This document shows, piece by piece, positions 23,755-36,169 of a stretch of DNA of 64,000 bases; within the stretch, counting starts at the first letter, position 1, and the number at the start of each line of letters is the position of its first letter. The translations under genes and the position numbers were made by a program. This stretch comes from a virus (Duplodnaviria > Caudoviricetes): IMG/VR virus record IMGVR_UViG_3300011989_000257, positions 192,001 to 256,000 of that record; one strand, given 5' to 3'. The notes under the pieces are model-generated. The model was not told where the DNA came from. It did not search any database and saw nothing but the letters and a program-made list of their open reading frames with translations.

Positions 23755-23774
23755 TTTTTTAGTTGTTTTTGTTT

Positions 23775-24626
23775 TTAACCTAAAACATCTTTAAATGGTT
23801 GGAAATTTCCTTGTGGGTTATGACTACCATTTGTTGATGCAAGGTTTATTATTGCAAAATGTATTACTTTGAATGCACCTTTATAGTTCTTACTTTCGAT
23901 TACCTCTTTGAATAGTTTAGCCATTTCAGTTGGAGGTGTCTTATATGCTCCACAACCAAATGCGCTTAGAATAAGCGAATCATGACCGTTCTCAAGGGCA
24001 ATATCTAGGATTTGTCTTATCTTGCACTTTGTTGTATCTATTACCCAAGGCTGTAATTTTCCATTCTGAAGCGTTGGTTTCTTCACTGCTGATACAGATA
24101 CCACACCAATCTCAAAAGGCTCTTCTAGAGGCGTATAATTAGTGTCATCACTTCCTTTGAATACCACTACATGAGGAGTATAGATACCACCGAAATTATA
24201 GTCAAGTGGATAACGTTCATCTTTCTGCCCTATGCCATAATTTTCACCAATTGAGTGAAATTGATAGAGTGATTTGAATATATTTGTACGTCTGAAAATG
24301 TTTTCCTCTTGTGCAGATGAGCCTTCTACAACTCCGCCACCAGGTTTATGGAATGATGCCATATTCAAAACGCAAGGATTCAGGCCTTTATCAATCAAAT
24401 CTTTGGCTGCGTAAATCGTATCGCTGTCGATAACCTTGACTTCTGTCTCATACCTTGGGATTGTATCATAATCCACGATAGCTTTTTTGCCATAGAACTT
24501 AGTGCCATCAATCATTGCTTTTGCGCTTGGAAGAATCACTTCCTTTCCCTTTGGGGACATATATCTGCCTTTGTTGACTATAGCCATAGTATTGGCATAT
24601 ACTGCAATTCTCTCTTCTTTATTCAT
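23775..24626 (-). CDS. TIGR02452/DUF2263 microbial-type poly(ADP-ribose) glycohydrolase (macrodomain)
   Basis: LNMASFHKPGGG, AQEE, IYTP and LSAFGCGAY motifs. Confidence 0.9.
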   Translation of the reverse strand: MNKEERIAVYANTMAIVNKGRYMSPKGKEVILPSAKAMIDGTKFYGKKAIVDYDTIPRYETEVKVIDSDTIYAAKDLIDKGLNPCVLNMASFHKPGGGVVEGSSAQEENIFRRTNIFKSLYQFHSIGENYGIGQKDERYPLDYNFGGIYTPHVVVFKGSDDTNYTPLEEPFEIGVVSVSAVKKPTLQNGKLQPWVIDTTKCKIRQILDIALENGHDSLILSAFGCGAYKTPPTEMAKLFKEVIESKNYKGAFKVIHFAIINLASTNGSHNPQGNFQPFKDVLG

Positions 24627-24636
24627 GATTTATAGT

Positions 24637-26244
24637 TTATTTCTGATAGTTGACATATTTAATTTTTTGAATTGGAGCATTTGTTTGTATCACGTATTCT
24701 CCAAAATGTTTTTTGACGTAGTTAGTACCTTTGTGAGAGCCAATTACTATTGGTCTATTATGCGTAACGGTATAATCTACAAATGTGCTTGGCGTGTAGT
24801 ATACACGATATGTCAATTCATAATTTCCATGAGGATAATTCTTTTCATCTTGATATTCAAGCATTTTAATAACACCAAATATCACTAAGCAAGAAAATCC
24901 AATGATTGATAAAATTTGAAAGCCAGTAGTGGAAGTGATATTGCCCACCCACTTGTTAACTTTCTTGAAAAAAGATTCTTCAGAATTGTTCATAATGTTT
25001 GTATTCATAATATCTATCCTAAATTGTTTTCAATCCTATATTCGTAATCTAGTATCATGCTATCATTCTGGGCAAGTTGCCTATCTATCTCAGCCACTTC
25101 TTTGGTAGTTGAGCATTTTGTTCTTTTCTCCTTGAGAATGCCGCTATTGTATTTCAGTTTAGCGATAGCTTCTCTCAATACACTTTCTTTTGCCATGCTA
25201 CATATTTTTTAAATTTTCATTCATTGTCCTCACCCTATCATTGACACTAGCAATATTTCTTTCAATCAATGGTATTCTTTCATCAATTGCTTGTTTGAGT
25301 CTAACATTCAATTCTTGAAGTTTGGCATTTTCATTAAACAATTGGGTATTATCTTCCAATAGTTTTTTCACATCTATATTGTCGTACCCTCGTTCCTTAT
25401 TGCTTTTAATCTGTGAATCCCAAGCCTCAACAGCGTTAAGTTCTTGCTTGAGGATATATCCAACCTCAAGAATAAGTCTTTTTTCTTCAGAGCTAGCACG
25501 AACATTGAGTTCTGCCAAAATATCAATGCATCTTCTTAAATCCTTAGCACTAATCATTTCTATATATTCCCATTAGGGTTAAACGTTCTTTTTCTTTTTC
25601 GAAATAGGCTATTTGTTCATCAGTGACTCCTTTAATCCATTCTGTACAATATTCGCCATATTTATTTCTAACATATGGGTCACTCATAAACCGCCAAATA
25701 AGATACTTTTCCATACGTATTAATCTCCATATTCATCCCAATATCTTTGATAATTTGAAGTATAAGTTTCCTTTTTATTCTTCTCGATACAGAATTTTTT
25801 CAAAATGTCTTTGAAGTCTTGAGTTATTGGTTTGATAATTTGACCATGATATGAGTTATCAGGAACTATTATCTTTTTTATGATTTCTCCAGTACTAGTG
25901 TCAATCATTGAAAGATTTTCTTCATCCCATAAATAGCCGTATTCAGCTAACACTTTCTTGGCTTCGGCTTTTTCAATATCTGAACATAATGAAATCCAAA
26001 AGTCCTCTTTTTCAGTGTCAATGGTGTCTTCGCAACGTCTTTTGCTGTCTGATACATCTAGATGTGGAACATGGTCATAGCCCATTGGTGTTTGCATAAA
26101 CTTCTCTGGGTCATACGAAGCAATCAATGACATTTTTTTGAGAGTACTATCAGATATATTAATCCCCTCATATATCATGAAACTTCCTTTTTTATTGTTC
26201 CTTTTAATAAAATCACCTTGTTTAAAAATCTTCTTTTCTTCCAT
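24637..26244 (-). CDS. Hypothetical genes (24637-25008 membrane, 25014-25196, 25198-25557 coiled coil, 25720-26244)
   Basis: ORF track, packing. Confidence 0.7.
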
Positions 26245-26248
26245 TTTA

Positions 26249-26872
26249 TCATTTATACAGTTGATTATCTGTTATTATTTTGTAAACTCCTTCTGTAACA
26301 TATGGATAAGGATTCATACCTTTTGATACCATATACCTAACCATAGTTGAAGAAACGTCTAGTCTTTGTATCTCAAGTAGCCTCACTTTCATATGTGTGC
26401 TAATTCCTTCATAACCTACCCTAAACGGAATCGGTATTCCAACTAAGTTACTATGTTGGTTTCCCTCATCCCATCTTGTAACCTCAATAAACCCAATTTT
26501 ATCCTTGATATGGGTTTCAAAGTTTTTCCACTTGGGAATACGTTTAATGGTATCTGTTCCAGCAATTAAGATGATTTCATCATTTGGATATTCTTTAATT
26601 GCCTTAGTGATAGGGATATATGAATAAACTGGAGGCTCATATTTCTCTTCAAACCTACATACCTCAAAAGCATTACCCAATGGCTTAATGGCTTCCTCAA
26701 TCATTTGGCATCTTAAATCAAATGGCGCTGGTTCTTCTTTCTTCCAAGGGTTATGTTTTGCGACAACGAATAGAACCTTGTCACAAAGTCCGCTTGATAC
26801 AACACTTGATGCCATTGCAACATGGGCGATTGTGATTGGGTTAAAAGAACCTAGTAGTAATCCTATCTTCAT
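26249..26872 (-). CDS. nadD: Nicotinate/nicotinamide mononucleotide adenylyltransferase
   Basis: GSFNPITIAH, NPWK, IAGTD..IPKWK and VSSTMVR motifs. Confidence 0.88.
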   Translation of the reverse strand: MKIGLLLGSFNPITIAHVAMASSVVSSGLCDKVLFVVAKHNPWKKEEPAPFDLRCQMIEEAIKPLGNAFEVCRFEEKYEPPVYSYIPITKAIKEYPNDEIILIAGTDTIKRIPKWKNFETHIKDKIGFIEVTRWDEGNQHSNLVGIPIPFRVGYEGISTHMKVRLLEIQRLDVSSTMVRYMVSKGMNPYPYVTEGVYKIITDNQLYK

Positions 26873-26888
26873 GTTTTTCTTTTTTATG

Positions 26889-26920
26889 CAAATATATGAA
26901 AAAAAATTGGAATAGCCAAA
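26889..26920 (-). promoter_or_regulatory. Bacteroidetes promoter driving nadD
   Basis: TTTG-N20-TATATTTG. Confidence 0.8.
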
Positions 26921-26924
26921 TAAT

Positions 26925-27203
26925 TTAAATAATTTTTTGATTTTTTACAATGAATTTATAATATTCATTATTTAGCTTGCTCCAAAAATCATGGCCTTCT
27001 GTGGTTTCTGCCCAACAAAAACCACTACCAATTGTTGTTTTTGACAAAAATTCTAATAATTCTTCTCCTCCATTCGGACAATTGTCTCCTCTTCGTCTCA
27101 CCCTATTTTCGACAAATTGTTTTAAGCAGCGTTTTTGTTTTAAAAATTTATATAATAATCTGCCATGATATAGATTAATCTCTCTGTCGGTTAGTAAAGC
27201 CAT
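26925..27203 (-). CDS. Family C small protein (FLK..F.W..FW)
   Basis: KFLKQKRCL...FCWAETTEGHDFW. Confidence 0.75.
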   Translation of the reverse strand: MALLTDREINLYHGRLLYKFLKQKRCLKQFVENRVRRRGDNCPNGGEELLEFLSKTTIGSGFCWAETTEGHDFWSKLNNEYYKFIVKNQKII

Positions 27204-27233
27204 AAAACCATTGTTTAAACCTCTTGTAATAAT

Positions 27234-27260
27234 TTTGGGCTAGTACGCATACTAGCCCAA
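27234..27260 (-). terminator. Hairpin, probable terminator
   Basis: ttgggctagta/tactagcccaa perfect stem after the 27269 ORF. Confidence 0.6.
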
Positions 27261-27268
27261 CATAACAA

Positions 27269-30200
27269 TTAATCCTTGCAAATTTCGGCAAGTTTATCAT
27301 CATATTCTTTTAGAATAAGAGGATAATATGCATCATAGTAATACTGAATATCATCCAAATCGTAGTCCTTAAGCATTTGGCGGTAGATACATTTGGCTTC
27401 GACATTCATTACCTTTTGCACATGCACCTCTGGAACTTTTCCATCACACCAATCTTCTGCTTTCTTTTGAAATTGGCTGACATATCCTAAATACTCAGCA
27501 AAGATTATAAACAAAGGGGCTTGAATAGTCGCAACTACATGCTCCACATTATCAGAAAACTTTTCAAGGTCTTTTACATTCCCTTCCCACTTCTCTGTAG
27601 AAGTTCCTACTTTTGTTTCGCTATTATTCATTTTTTATGTAATTAATTAATTTTCACCAACAACTCACATCAGTTATATCTTTCTCCTCACCGCAGCATG
27701 GGCATTTAATAGTCACAGCGTCACCAATCCCAGTTGGAGTGAAGATGTATTTAAAAGGTATATAATGCTTCGGATTGCATTTCTTATGTTTTTTAATGAA
27801 GGCATCTGCATCCTTTTTTTCTTTTTCAGTTAGTGTATAGTTTGCCATTAGTAATAAATTTCTGGATGCGAAGACACGGTGGTCTTCTTATTCTCTATTA
27901 CATGTTGTTCATTTGTTACAGCATTACTTAGAAAAATTGTAGATGCTGTGATGAATTCGTTCTTTTTCTGTTCCATCTTTTTCTATAGATATTTTAAAAT
28001 TTCTTTTACATTTTTTAACTATGGCTTTATAAGCAGGATTTTCCCATTTCTTGCGTGGAGTGAAACTATCTCTGCCAAAATAATCATAGGTGCTTGTATC
28101 ATTGCTACCTCTTCTAGCATCGCTTGGACTATCCCAAGTTATAACATTTTTGTTGGTTGTTGGGTATGTCTTAGTATTGCGATGCCTTCTATTTCTATAG
28201 GTTGAATTGTCGTAATAATCTGGGAAGAAAGCATTAAATTCATCTGGGTCAATGCCCATCCCCTCTAAATACTTTCTGTCATTCTCATCAAAGAATTTGA
28301 ATATGCCCCAAATTAAAATTCCAATTGGTAAAATAATGTATCCCCACTGCTCATTCACCACCATATCAATCATGGCGAAGAAAGCAACAGTCATAATACA
28401 AACAATAAAGTTATTATATAGCATATTTTCTTTTTTTAGTGCAAAGATATTAATTTTTTCTCTAAAAACTAAATTTTACACTTTAAAAATTGTTAATATT
28501 TTCTTTTATTAACAATAAACCTTGATAGAATACTAGTTTTATGCATTTTCTTCTCCGCATTGTCAGTTGTACTATCAGTCCTCTTAAAACGGATGTAATC
28601 ACCTTCAAGCCCTAGAATCATAATATCCATCCTTTCCAATGAAATGATTGGTGGGACATGATATATACCGTTAACTTTAAGATTACTTGGATGAATATGA
28701 GCCTTTATTTTCTTAAGCTCATCCTTATTGTCTTGAATTGTACGTTCTTTTGCCATATTATTACGATTTTAAAATTTATGATATTCTGTTATAAACACTG
28801 CGTCAAGGTCTGATGGGTATATGTTACAAGTATATGAATATTCATTACCAGTATTTTCATTAATCTCGTGACAAACACATACGGAACTTGTTTTACTAGT
28901 TACTTTTACAATCTTCCTAGGTTGATTCATTATTCTTGGGACTACATATAATTTTTTCTCCTCTATTTCATCCCATTCGATATGTTTGGGGAGTTCTTTA
29001 AGAAGTTCCCTTTTTTCACTATAAGTAAGCATATTTGCTGGTTTCTTTTTCAACTCTTCTATATTTGCACTTGGGATAGAAGTGATACTTTGACTAGGAC
29101 TTGGTAATTCCATGTGTTTATTATTTGGATTCAAGGGACACCAACTAGGACATACAATGTCTTGTTTTGGAGATAGATTATAATCAATCCTTCTAGCTCT
29201 AGAAACTCCAAAAGCATTATATGTCATCGCTTTACAAGCCGCATCAAATCTTCCTTCTGTACGAAGTTCAAACGATTTCTCTAGATTTATGCACAAATTA
29301 CATAATTTTGTACTCATTGCCTTAATTTTTTTATTTGGTTGCACCCTATCAGCAAATAAATCTTCATCAAAGATGCATGTTTCACAATCTTTACAATCCT
29401 TTCCAATGCAAGGATGTCCTGTTTGAAGTTCAGTCATAATATCCGTTCCACCCATAATCCCAACTCTTCCCCAGCCACTTCTAATAGTTTTTTGGCTTCT
29501 TTTTTGATGGTATCATCTGAAAAATATCCACCATCATCATCATAGTCCCATTTATTCAACACCTCTAGGACTGCATTCTCAAACTTAGTCAATGTAGTTC
29601 TCATATCTATTATTTTTCCAAGTAGTTTTCTCACCAAGGTAAGTCATCGACATCTTCCCAATCGTAATCATCTTGTTTGAATATTGGAGGAGTTAAATTT
29701 TGTTCGTTGTTTTGCCGTTCTCTCAAGTAATTATCAATCCATTCTTGAAATGCTCTCTCAGTTGCTTCTCCAAATCCACCTCTTTGGTTATGTCTTCTCC
29801 TATTCATTTGTGGAGGTGGCATCATTCTCCCAAATTTCTCCATCATTTCACGTTGTTTTGGGTCTAATGCCTCCGAAGTTTTATCAACAAAGTCATCACC
29901 AAATAGATTTTTGCATACTTCAGTGAAAACCCCTTCACCTATTTGTTCTAAAACACCGAATTCATCAACTATAAATGGTTCTATGCATGAGTGTATCAAT
30001 CCATTTACAGTATTCATTAGTTCCATCTGGCATTTACTATTATTTACAATTTGTAATTTACCACCATTTGCTTGCTGCATGGTACTTAGAATCTCTTCTA
30101 ATGACTTAGCTTGCATGTAGTATGGATTCATCATACCAAGTTTACCAATTGAATTCCCATAATTCATTAAAACTCTTGATGCAATAAGGTGAAACAAATC

Positions 30201-30326
30201 CTTATGCCTATTTGGAATGTTCACACTGCATCTGAATTTATGATATAGATGATGTAATTTGATGTGTTTCAGAAATACTCTGAATATTAGTAATTCGACA
30301 TCATAATTTTTTGAGTTTTTTCTCAT
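27269..30326 (-). CDS. Hypothetical genes (27269-27631, 27654-27848 Zn-ribbon, 27924-28424 membrane, 28493-28756, 28769-29437 Cys-rich, 29434-29637, 29631-30326)
   Basis: ORF track, packing; -7 promoter element at 28442-28449. Confidence 0.7.
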
Positions 30327-30331
30327 CTTTG

Positions 30332-30363
30332 CAAATATATTAAATTTTTAGTTGAAAACCAAA
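30332..30363 (-). promoter_or_regulatory. Bacteroidetes promoter (probably leaderless)
   Basis: TTTG-N20-TATATTTG, ATG 5 nt downstream. Confidence 0.8.
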
Positions 30364-30536
30364 TTTATATGGTTAATTTATCTTAAAACTAGTTTTATCA
30401 TCAAATTTACTGCAATTTGGGCAGTATAAGAATTCTTTCCAGTTAGTTTTTTCGGATGTCACCATTAGTGTCTTCCAAGGATAAAATTCACATCCACAAT
30501 CCTTGCATCTTAATAAAAATCTTTCGTCAAATTTTG

Positions 30537-31220
30537 TCATATTTCGATATAAGTTGGTTCATATGTCATTTTATAATCTTCGTTAAGTAACGATACATTG
30601 TACAATGCAGTACCTTCATGCATTACCTTACCATGTTCACAAGTATGCAGATGACCTTCTAACCATAAAGTTGGCTTCGCCTCATCAATAAACCACCTAA
30701 GTGCAGTGTTACCTATATGGTTTCCGTCAGCCCACCAACAATCTTTTTGCAAGATTATGTCGTTAATTCCATACGGACAATCGTGAGACATTATTATATT
30801 AATCTTCCCAATGGCTTTTAAATGACGTTCATACATTTCCCTTTGCTCATCTAGAGTAAGTGACATAAATGCCCAGTTATAGAACTTCTTGCACAAAGGC
30901 GTGCCATATATGACTTTCCCTTTATATTCGTATGACTCACAATCTAGGTAGATAATTTTATCTTGGTCTTTCAGCATATCCCTTATTATTTCAGGATGCT
31001 TCATCAAGATAAAGTCGTGATTACCGCCAATGAATATCACCTTTTCACAAGGTAAGTTGGTACACCAAGGTATGAAAAATGTCTTAAACCACATTTCACT
31101 CATAGTGTCATTACGCTGTATGTCCAATGGAACAATGTCCCCACATATCAACACAATATCGCACGTCTCTATCTTAAAATCATAGTTTCCGTGCATATCT
31201 GAAATTCCACATATTCTCAT
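30537..31220 (-). CDS. Calcineurin-like metallophosphoesterase
   Basis: SDMHG, CGD, GNHD, SH and GHLH motifs all intact. Confidence 0.92.
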   Translation of the reverse strand: MRICGISDMHGNYDFKIETCDIVLICGDIVPLDIQRNDTMSEMWFKTFFIPWCTNLPCEKVIFIGGNHDFILMKHPEIIRDMLKDQDKIIYLDCESYEYKGKVIYGTPLCKKFYNWAFMSLTLDEQREMYERHLKAIGKINIIMSHDCPYGINDIILQKDCWWADGNHIGNTALRWFIDEAKPTLWLEGHLHTCEHGKVMHEGTALYNVSLLNEDYKMTYEPTYIEI

Positions 31221-31926
31221 AATATAATCTCAATTTCTTTGCTAATTAATGATTGCCATTTATGATGTATTTTATCCCACTTTACACAAGATATACTTGC
31301 TACTCTATACCATGCAAAACTTACATCTCGATAATTAAATAAATCAAAAAAACAATCTCTGCTAGATTTTATGCAGCTTATTAGAACCTCGTTACTAGTA
31401 TATTCTTTAGCAGATGGATGCTGATATTTATAGCATTTTACGAATTCCCCAAAAACATTATTCTCCATCAAAAATCTAGCAAGAATAAATTTAGCTTGTT
31501 TTCTAGACAATTGATGCTTATCGCACAAAAAATCATTCACCATAATTAATGTTCAATATATTTTGTGTCATAATATTTGGCTTCCCACTTTTCAGAAATC
31601 CCATGCCAAAAACCTTTCCACTGATACATGAATGAAGATGGAATAAATCTAAAAAAACCTCTTATAGTTCCATCATAGTAACAGTAAGAATTATTGCTGC
31701 ATGTGTTGTTGATATAGATGTCTACACATTTTGATAAATGGGTTTTGAAATCATCGTATTTGCTCAATGAGATTTTATCATAATATGGTTGGTAGTAGCT
31801 TCTTTTGCTTGAAAACTTTGATGCTTTTGATTTTTCAAACCATTCTTTTTGAATTCTATTTTCCATCATGAATTGGATTAGTAGGAAAATAAATTGTTTT
31901 CTGTTGACAGATTTTGGTGCATCCAT
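31217..31926 (-). CDS. Two family C-like small proteins (31217-31543, 31546-31926)
   Basis: RKQ..F..FLMEN/FMMEN and C-terminal W-x6-W. Confidence 0.7.
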
Positions 31927-31945
31927 AACTTTTGTTTTAAATCAG

Positions 31946-31981
31946 AAAAAACCTAGCACTATTTTCACAAACGGTACTAGG
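31946..31981 (-). terminator. Intrinsic terminator
   Basis: CCTAGTAC...GTGCTAGG followed by TTTTT. Confidence 0.65.
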
Positions 31982-32021
31982 CAATGTTTAACAATCAATA
32001 TGAACAAAAAATTAACAATGT

Positions 32022-32657
32022 TTAGTTGGCTGGAGTTTTCTTGACGAAACGTCCATTAGGCGCACGATTTACCGTCTTAGATGCGTTCTCATGAAACTTA
32101 CGTAGCAACTTACTAGCAGCTTCATGTGCATGCGAATCCTCAGCCTTAACTTCCTTCTTAGGGGTTGCGGTACGATTAATCTTATACCCCTTTGGCTTTT
32201 CCTCTTCAGTTGGCTCTGAGATTGCCTTTGGGATAACCACAGTCATCGTCTTTGTAATCGAATTATACTTTTCAGTTTTCTTCTCAACATCACAATTCTT
32301 AGGAATCAAAACTGTTGTTTTATTGGAACGCTCAGTGTTCTCATCCTTAAAAGTGACCTCAACGATTAACTTGTCATCCTCAATTCTTGATTCGAACTTC
32401 TCGCCGATGCTTTCGTCAAAGGGAACTGATACCTCAAAATCAGAGATAGTGTTCTTGACTTGTTTCATCAACTCATTAAAATCCCCAAGAAGAGAGTTGC
32501 CCTTCTCAATGAGAGAATCCTTCATTTCATTAAGGGAATCAAACTGCTCATCCCAATCAATGGAGTTAATTGTCTCATTCATTCTGTCAACAAGGCTCAA
32601 TGCAGCAGATGTGCCGTTATCAATGAGTCCTAACAATTTTTCTTTTAAATTTGCCAT
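32022..32657 (-). CDS. Hsp20/alpha-crystallin-like protein
   Basis: IEDDKLIVEV...VLIPKNCD...MTVVIPK pattern. Confidence 0.55.
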   Translation of the reverse strand: MANLKEKLLGLIDNGTSAALSLVDRMNETINSIDWDEQFDSLNEMKDSLIEKGNSLLGDFNELMKQVKNTISDFEVSVPFDESIGEKFESRIEDDKLIVEVTFKDENTERSNKTTVLIPKNCDVEKKTEKYNSITKTMTVVIPKAISEPTEEEKPKGYKINRTATPKKEVKAEDSHAHEAASKLLRKFHENASKTVNRAPNGRFVKKTPAN

Positions 32658-32692
32658 GTTTTAATAATGTTTAAATAAATTTTTTAACAATG

Positions 32693-32724
32693 CAAAGATA
32701 TAGATAAAAAACGAGAAAAACAAA
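32693..32724 (-). promoter_or_regulatory. Bacteroidetes promoter
   Basis: TTTG-N20-TATCTTTG. Confidence 0.8.
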
Positions 32725-32737
32725 TTTTTAACAAATT

Positions 32738-33295
32738 TTAACTCTTCTGTTTTTCTAAGACATCTTTTATTCTGTTATAATAGCTGCTCAGTGTACCAGT
32801 TCTTAATTTCTTGAAACATTCGATTATTGTTTCATAAACATCAGTTCCTTCACACCAAGTACTTGAAAGGCTGTTTCTAGTCGTAACAGCACACTCAACA
32901 TGATAAAATATTTTATCTCCAACAAGCATAAGAGGTTTAATATCAACACGGTTTCCTTTTTTTCTCTTAAGTTGTATTAGTGTTTTAACACAATCATCAA
33001 ATTCCACCTCAATCTCTTTAAAATAGTCCCTTAATGGTTCTAAATCCCAAATTGAGCCGTTGCCATCTGTAATTGTCTTCCCATTATCAATTGACTGATA
33101 TATCCAATTAACATGAAAATAGCCTTCATTTCGTGTTAGACAATCATAATTATAATAGGAATCGATATTATAACTATACCTACTACCATAGCTTTTACCA
33201 TTACCAAATGCATATGTTAAAAACGCATTCTCATTATTGTTATTATCTACTAATTTTTCCCATTTTTTAATGCAAGCATAATATCTTACTTCCAT
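32738..33295 (-). CDS. Hypothetical protein
   Basis: ORF track. Confidence 0.7.
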   Translation of the reverse strand: MEVRYYACIKKWEKLVDNNNNENAFLTYAFGNGKSYGSRYSYNIDSYYNYDCLTRNEGYFHVNWIYQSIDNGKTITDGNGSIWDLEPLRDYFKEIEVEFDDCVKTLIQLKRKKGNRVDIKPLMLVGDKIFYHVECAVTTRNSLSSTWCEGTDVYETIIECFKKLRTGTLSSYYNRIKDVLEKQKS

Positions 33296-34599
33296 GTGTA
33301 AATGTTTTTGTAATGTTTTTCAACTTTAGTCAAATTCGGTATTAATCTGTATTTCCACCAAGCAAAGATGGCAGCACACATTATCCCAAATAGTGAAGTG
33401 GTATTTTTTACGACCTTAAATTGATAATGTTTGAAATCATATATAAACGAATCGTCATACATGTCTTCATTGCTTATATCGTTGCCAATAAGCAATATTG
33501 ATACAAGTATATCAAAGAAAAGTATTATAATCAAAAGTGCAATGCTCTGTCCCTTTGTGAGTTCATTCTCAATATAATCGAAATCCTTAAATTCCTTTCT
33601 TTTCCACAAATGTAAATGATTTTCTAGCCATTGTGGATATTTACTTAAATCCATCCTTGGGTGCTCTCTGAAGTATCTCTTTGTAGCAACCTCTAACTCA
33701 GGCTTATCACACCATGAGAATGGATTACACCAATCTATAGTGCCCTTCTTGGTGTTGTAACCAAGACAAAGAACAAATTCATTTTTGTTTCCACCTTGCC
33801 AATAGGACTTCTGTTTCTCAGATATTTCCAATGGTTTATCTCTAAACACAAGCACATATATTCTAAACTGCTTTTTAGGGCCATAGACAGAGTTTATGTA
33901 TTTGTATTGTTTATGTACCTCTTTTCCAGCCTTGAAACCAAGTATAACTGCTTGGTCATTATCTTTAACGTCAGGGTATCTAAACAACCCCAATGAATCT
34001 GCATCATCATCGTCTATCTCCTCAAACTTGAAGATAGAATGAGACGCAAGAATCTTGTTTCTATATGTTTCTGACCATACCAAAGGTCTTATATGTTGTA
34101 CAGTCCCATCATAGAAATAATCTTGAGCATCACCATCAATCCTATAGTAGTTTCGATGCATGTCTCTGAATACCATCTTAGGGTATCCTAATTCTTTCAT
34201 TGCGGCATCGAAATACGACTTATTATAAAAATACTCTTCTCTATTGTAATTGTCAGTGTATGTCCAACACTCAGGATGATAATCCCTATATGAGCAATCA
34301 TATGTTTCTGTGCGATATATAGTGTGCCCTTTGCTATCCCTTCCACAAGGGACTTGTCTAGTACAAGTCTTATGTATCCATTCGTCCCATTCGTCATAAT
34401 GGGTAATTTTGGTAATGTAGCCACCAAGATATTCAGTATCATATTCAAGTGAAGCAATAAACACTGACTTAAGCAACAACGTAAACAAAATGGAGGTCGC
34501 TACCAAACAAATATATTCCCACCATACAATATACTTCTTAAAGAAAATCAGAAGGAATATTGATATGATAAAAGGTAATGAATAAATAATTATTTCCAT
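33286..34599 (-). CDS. Multi-pass membrane protein with large soluble domain (possibly TPM-like)
   Basis: N- and C-terminal TM segments; YWQGGNKNE motif; near a LemA-like gene. Confidence 0.65.
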   Translation of the reverse strand: MEIIIYSLPFIISIFLLIFFKKYIVWWEYICLVATSILFTLLLKSVFIASLEYDTEYLGGYITKITHYDEWDEWIHKTCTRQVPCGRDSKGHTIYRTETYDCSYRDYHPECWTYTDNYNREEYFYNKSYFDAAMKELGYPKMVFRDMHRNYYRIDGDAQDYFYDGTVQHIRPLVWSETYRNKILASHSIFKFEEIDDDDADSLGLFRYPDVKDNDQAVILGFKAGKEVHKQYKYINSVYGPKKQFRIYVLVFRDKPLEISEKQKSYWQGGNKNEFVLCLGYNTKKGTIDWCNPFSWCDKPELEVATKRYFREHPRMDLSKYPQWLENHLHLWKRKEFKDFDYIENELTKGQSIALLIIILFFDILVSILLIGNDISNEDMYDDSFIYDFKHYQFKVVKNTTSLFGIMCAAIFAWWKYRLIPNLTKVEKHYKNIYTWK

Positions 34600-34601
34600 G
34601 T

Positions 34602-35329
34602 TTATCGATTTTCTAAAACCAATTTAACTGTCTTTTTTTCCTTGTCTAAAATTATTGCATCTGTATCATCACAAAAATCATCACTATCAACGTACTCGTT
34701 TGGATAAAATACTCTTAAAAAATTGGCAAATATTTGGTAAGAGCATACATGAGGTTTGAATCTAATTCCTTTTTGCTTTAAAAAATCAGTGAACTTAGTC
34801 TGTCCAAATACATCTACAATATGTTTCTTGTCAGCCCAATGGATTTTACTATCGTATTTGTCACGATTTTTGTGCATAGAGCTATCCAAATATTCCTTCC
34901 AATATGGTAATAGATTGGTCTCTTTTAGAAACCTTAAAACTATTCTTTTGTTGTGAATAATGTTATTGTTCATGTTGGTGCATAGGAAATTTTTTCATCT
35001 ATTTTGACCTTTTTCTTTTCTTTATCAATAGTTACTGGACCGCATACTCCTGATGGTTTTTTCAATGCTGCAAGATAATATTCCAATAATTCGTACATTA
35101 AAAATAAGCCAATTTTTGAATCTCGTTTGTGTTTGTGAACAAAATCAGTAAAATTAGTACCCCCCAATATGTCTGAATATTCAAAGATGTAATCTGATTT
35201 ATCAATCCAATTCTTAGCAGTGTCAGGGTTATATAAATATCTAATCCATAAATCATATAGCCCCACTTCCTTTAGGAAACGTGAGGCTATACGAAGTGCT
35301 TCTTTTTTATTTTTAGAAAAGTTTGACAT
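34602..35329 (-). CDS. Two family C proteins (34602-34973, 34970-35329)
   Basis: RFLKE..L..W, G.T.FTDF and DKEKK.VK motifs. Confidence 0.8.
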
Positions 35330-35858
35330 TATCATCTACTCCAGTTTCCATTACTTGTTTACTCTGACTTGATGATATTACAGTATATTCAATCTCAGTC
35401 TGGTTGGTTATGAACCAACGTCCAGGATATGTCTTACACAATGTGCTATGCTGTCTCTTGATGTCAAGCATCCGCTCTTGCTCTTTCTTGAATAGAGTGC
35501 GCTGCACCTCGATAGCATCCATCACATCCTTATATAGACTTGTATCAAAGTTAGGATTGGCTTCCTTAATCCACTTCATCAAAGTACCATCACCTTGAGA
35601 GTAACGGCCAGCGATAATATGAGTATAAATTGAGTCAAACCCAGTACGATACTCTTGAGACACTTGCGCCTTTTGAGAGATAATTTTCCACATTGCATCG
35701 TGAACACCCTCTACCTTACCACGCTGTGCTTCAGCTTGCTCACGAAGAGCAACCTCTTGATTGTTGTAGTTGAAATAACTACCCACTGTTGTGATTACAC
35801 CCAAAGCTACGATGATAATCACCGCAATAACTGCAATTGTTTTTACTCCACTATTCAT
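35313..35858 (-). CDS. LemA-like membrane-anchored protein
   Basis: N-terminal TM followed by SYFNYNNQE and an all-helical body. Confidence 0.55.
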   Translation of the reverse strand: MNSGVKTIAVIAVIIIVALGVITTVGSYFNYNNQEVALREQAEAQRGKVEGVHDAMWKIISQKAQVSQEYRTGFDSIYTHIIAGRYSQGDGTLMKWIKEANPNFDTSLYKDVMDAIEVQRTLFKKEQERMLDIKRQHSTLCKTYPGRWFITNQTEIEYTVISSSQSKQVMETGVDDNVKLF

Positions 35859-36169
35859 TTTTTTTTATTTTATTTAATCTATAAATTCTATTGTTGTAGT
35901 CACACGAACTTTCTTAAGCTTACCGTTTCCGACTTGTTCAAGAAAACGTTTTTTATTAGCCTCATATGTAAGAGACTCAATGCCATGTTCATCAACATAT
36001 TTTTTCGATGTTTCATTGACTCTTCTCACATTTGACATTGGAACATTAACCGACCACTTTGATTCATTGAATGGTTCAATGTAACCTTCAATCGTACAAT
36101 GTCCATCTTGGTATTCTGTACCGAAGAATTTCCCATCTTTCTCAATGACATAGTATACTTGTTCAATCT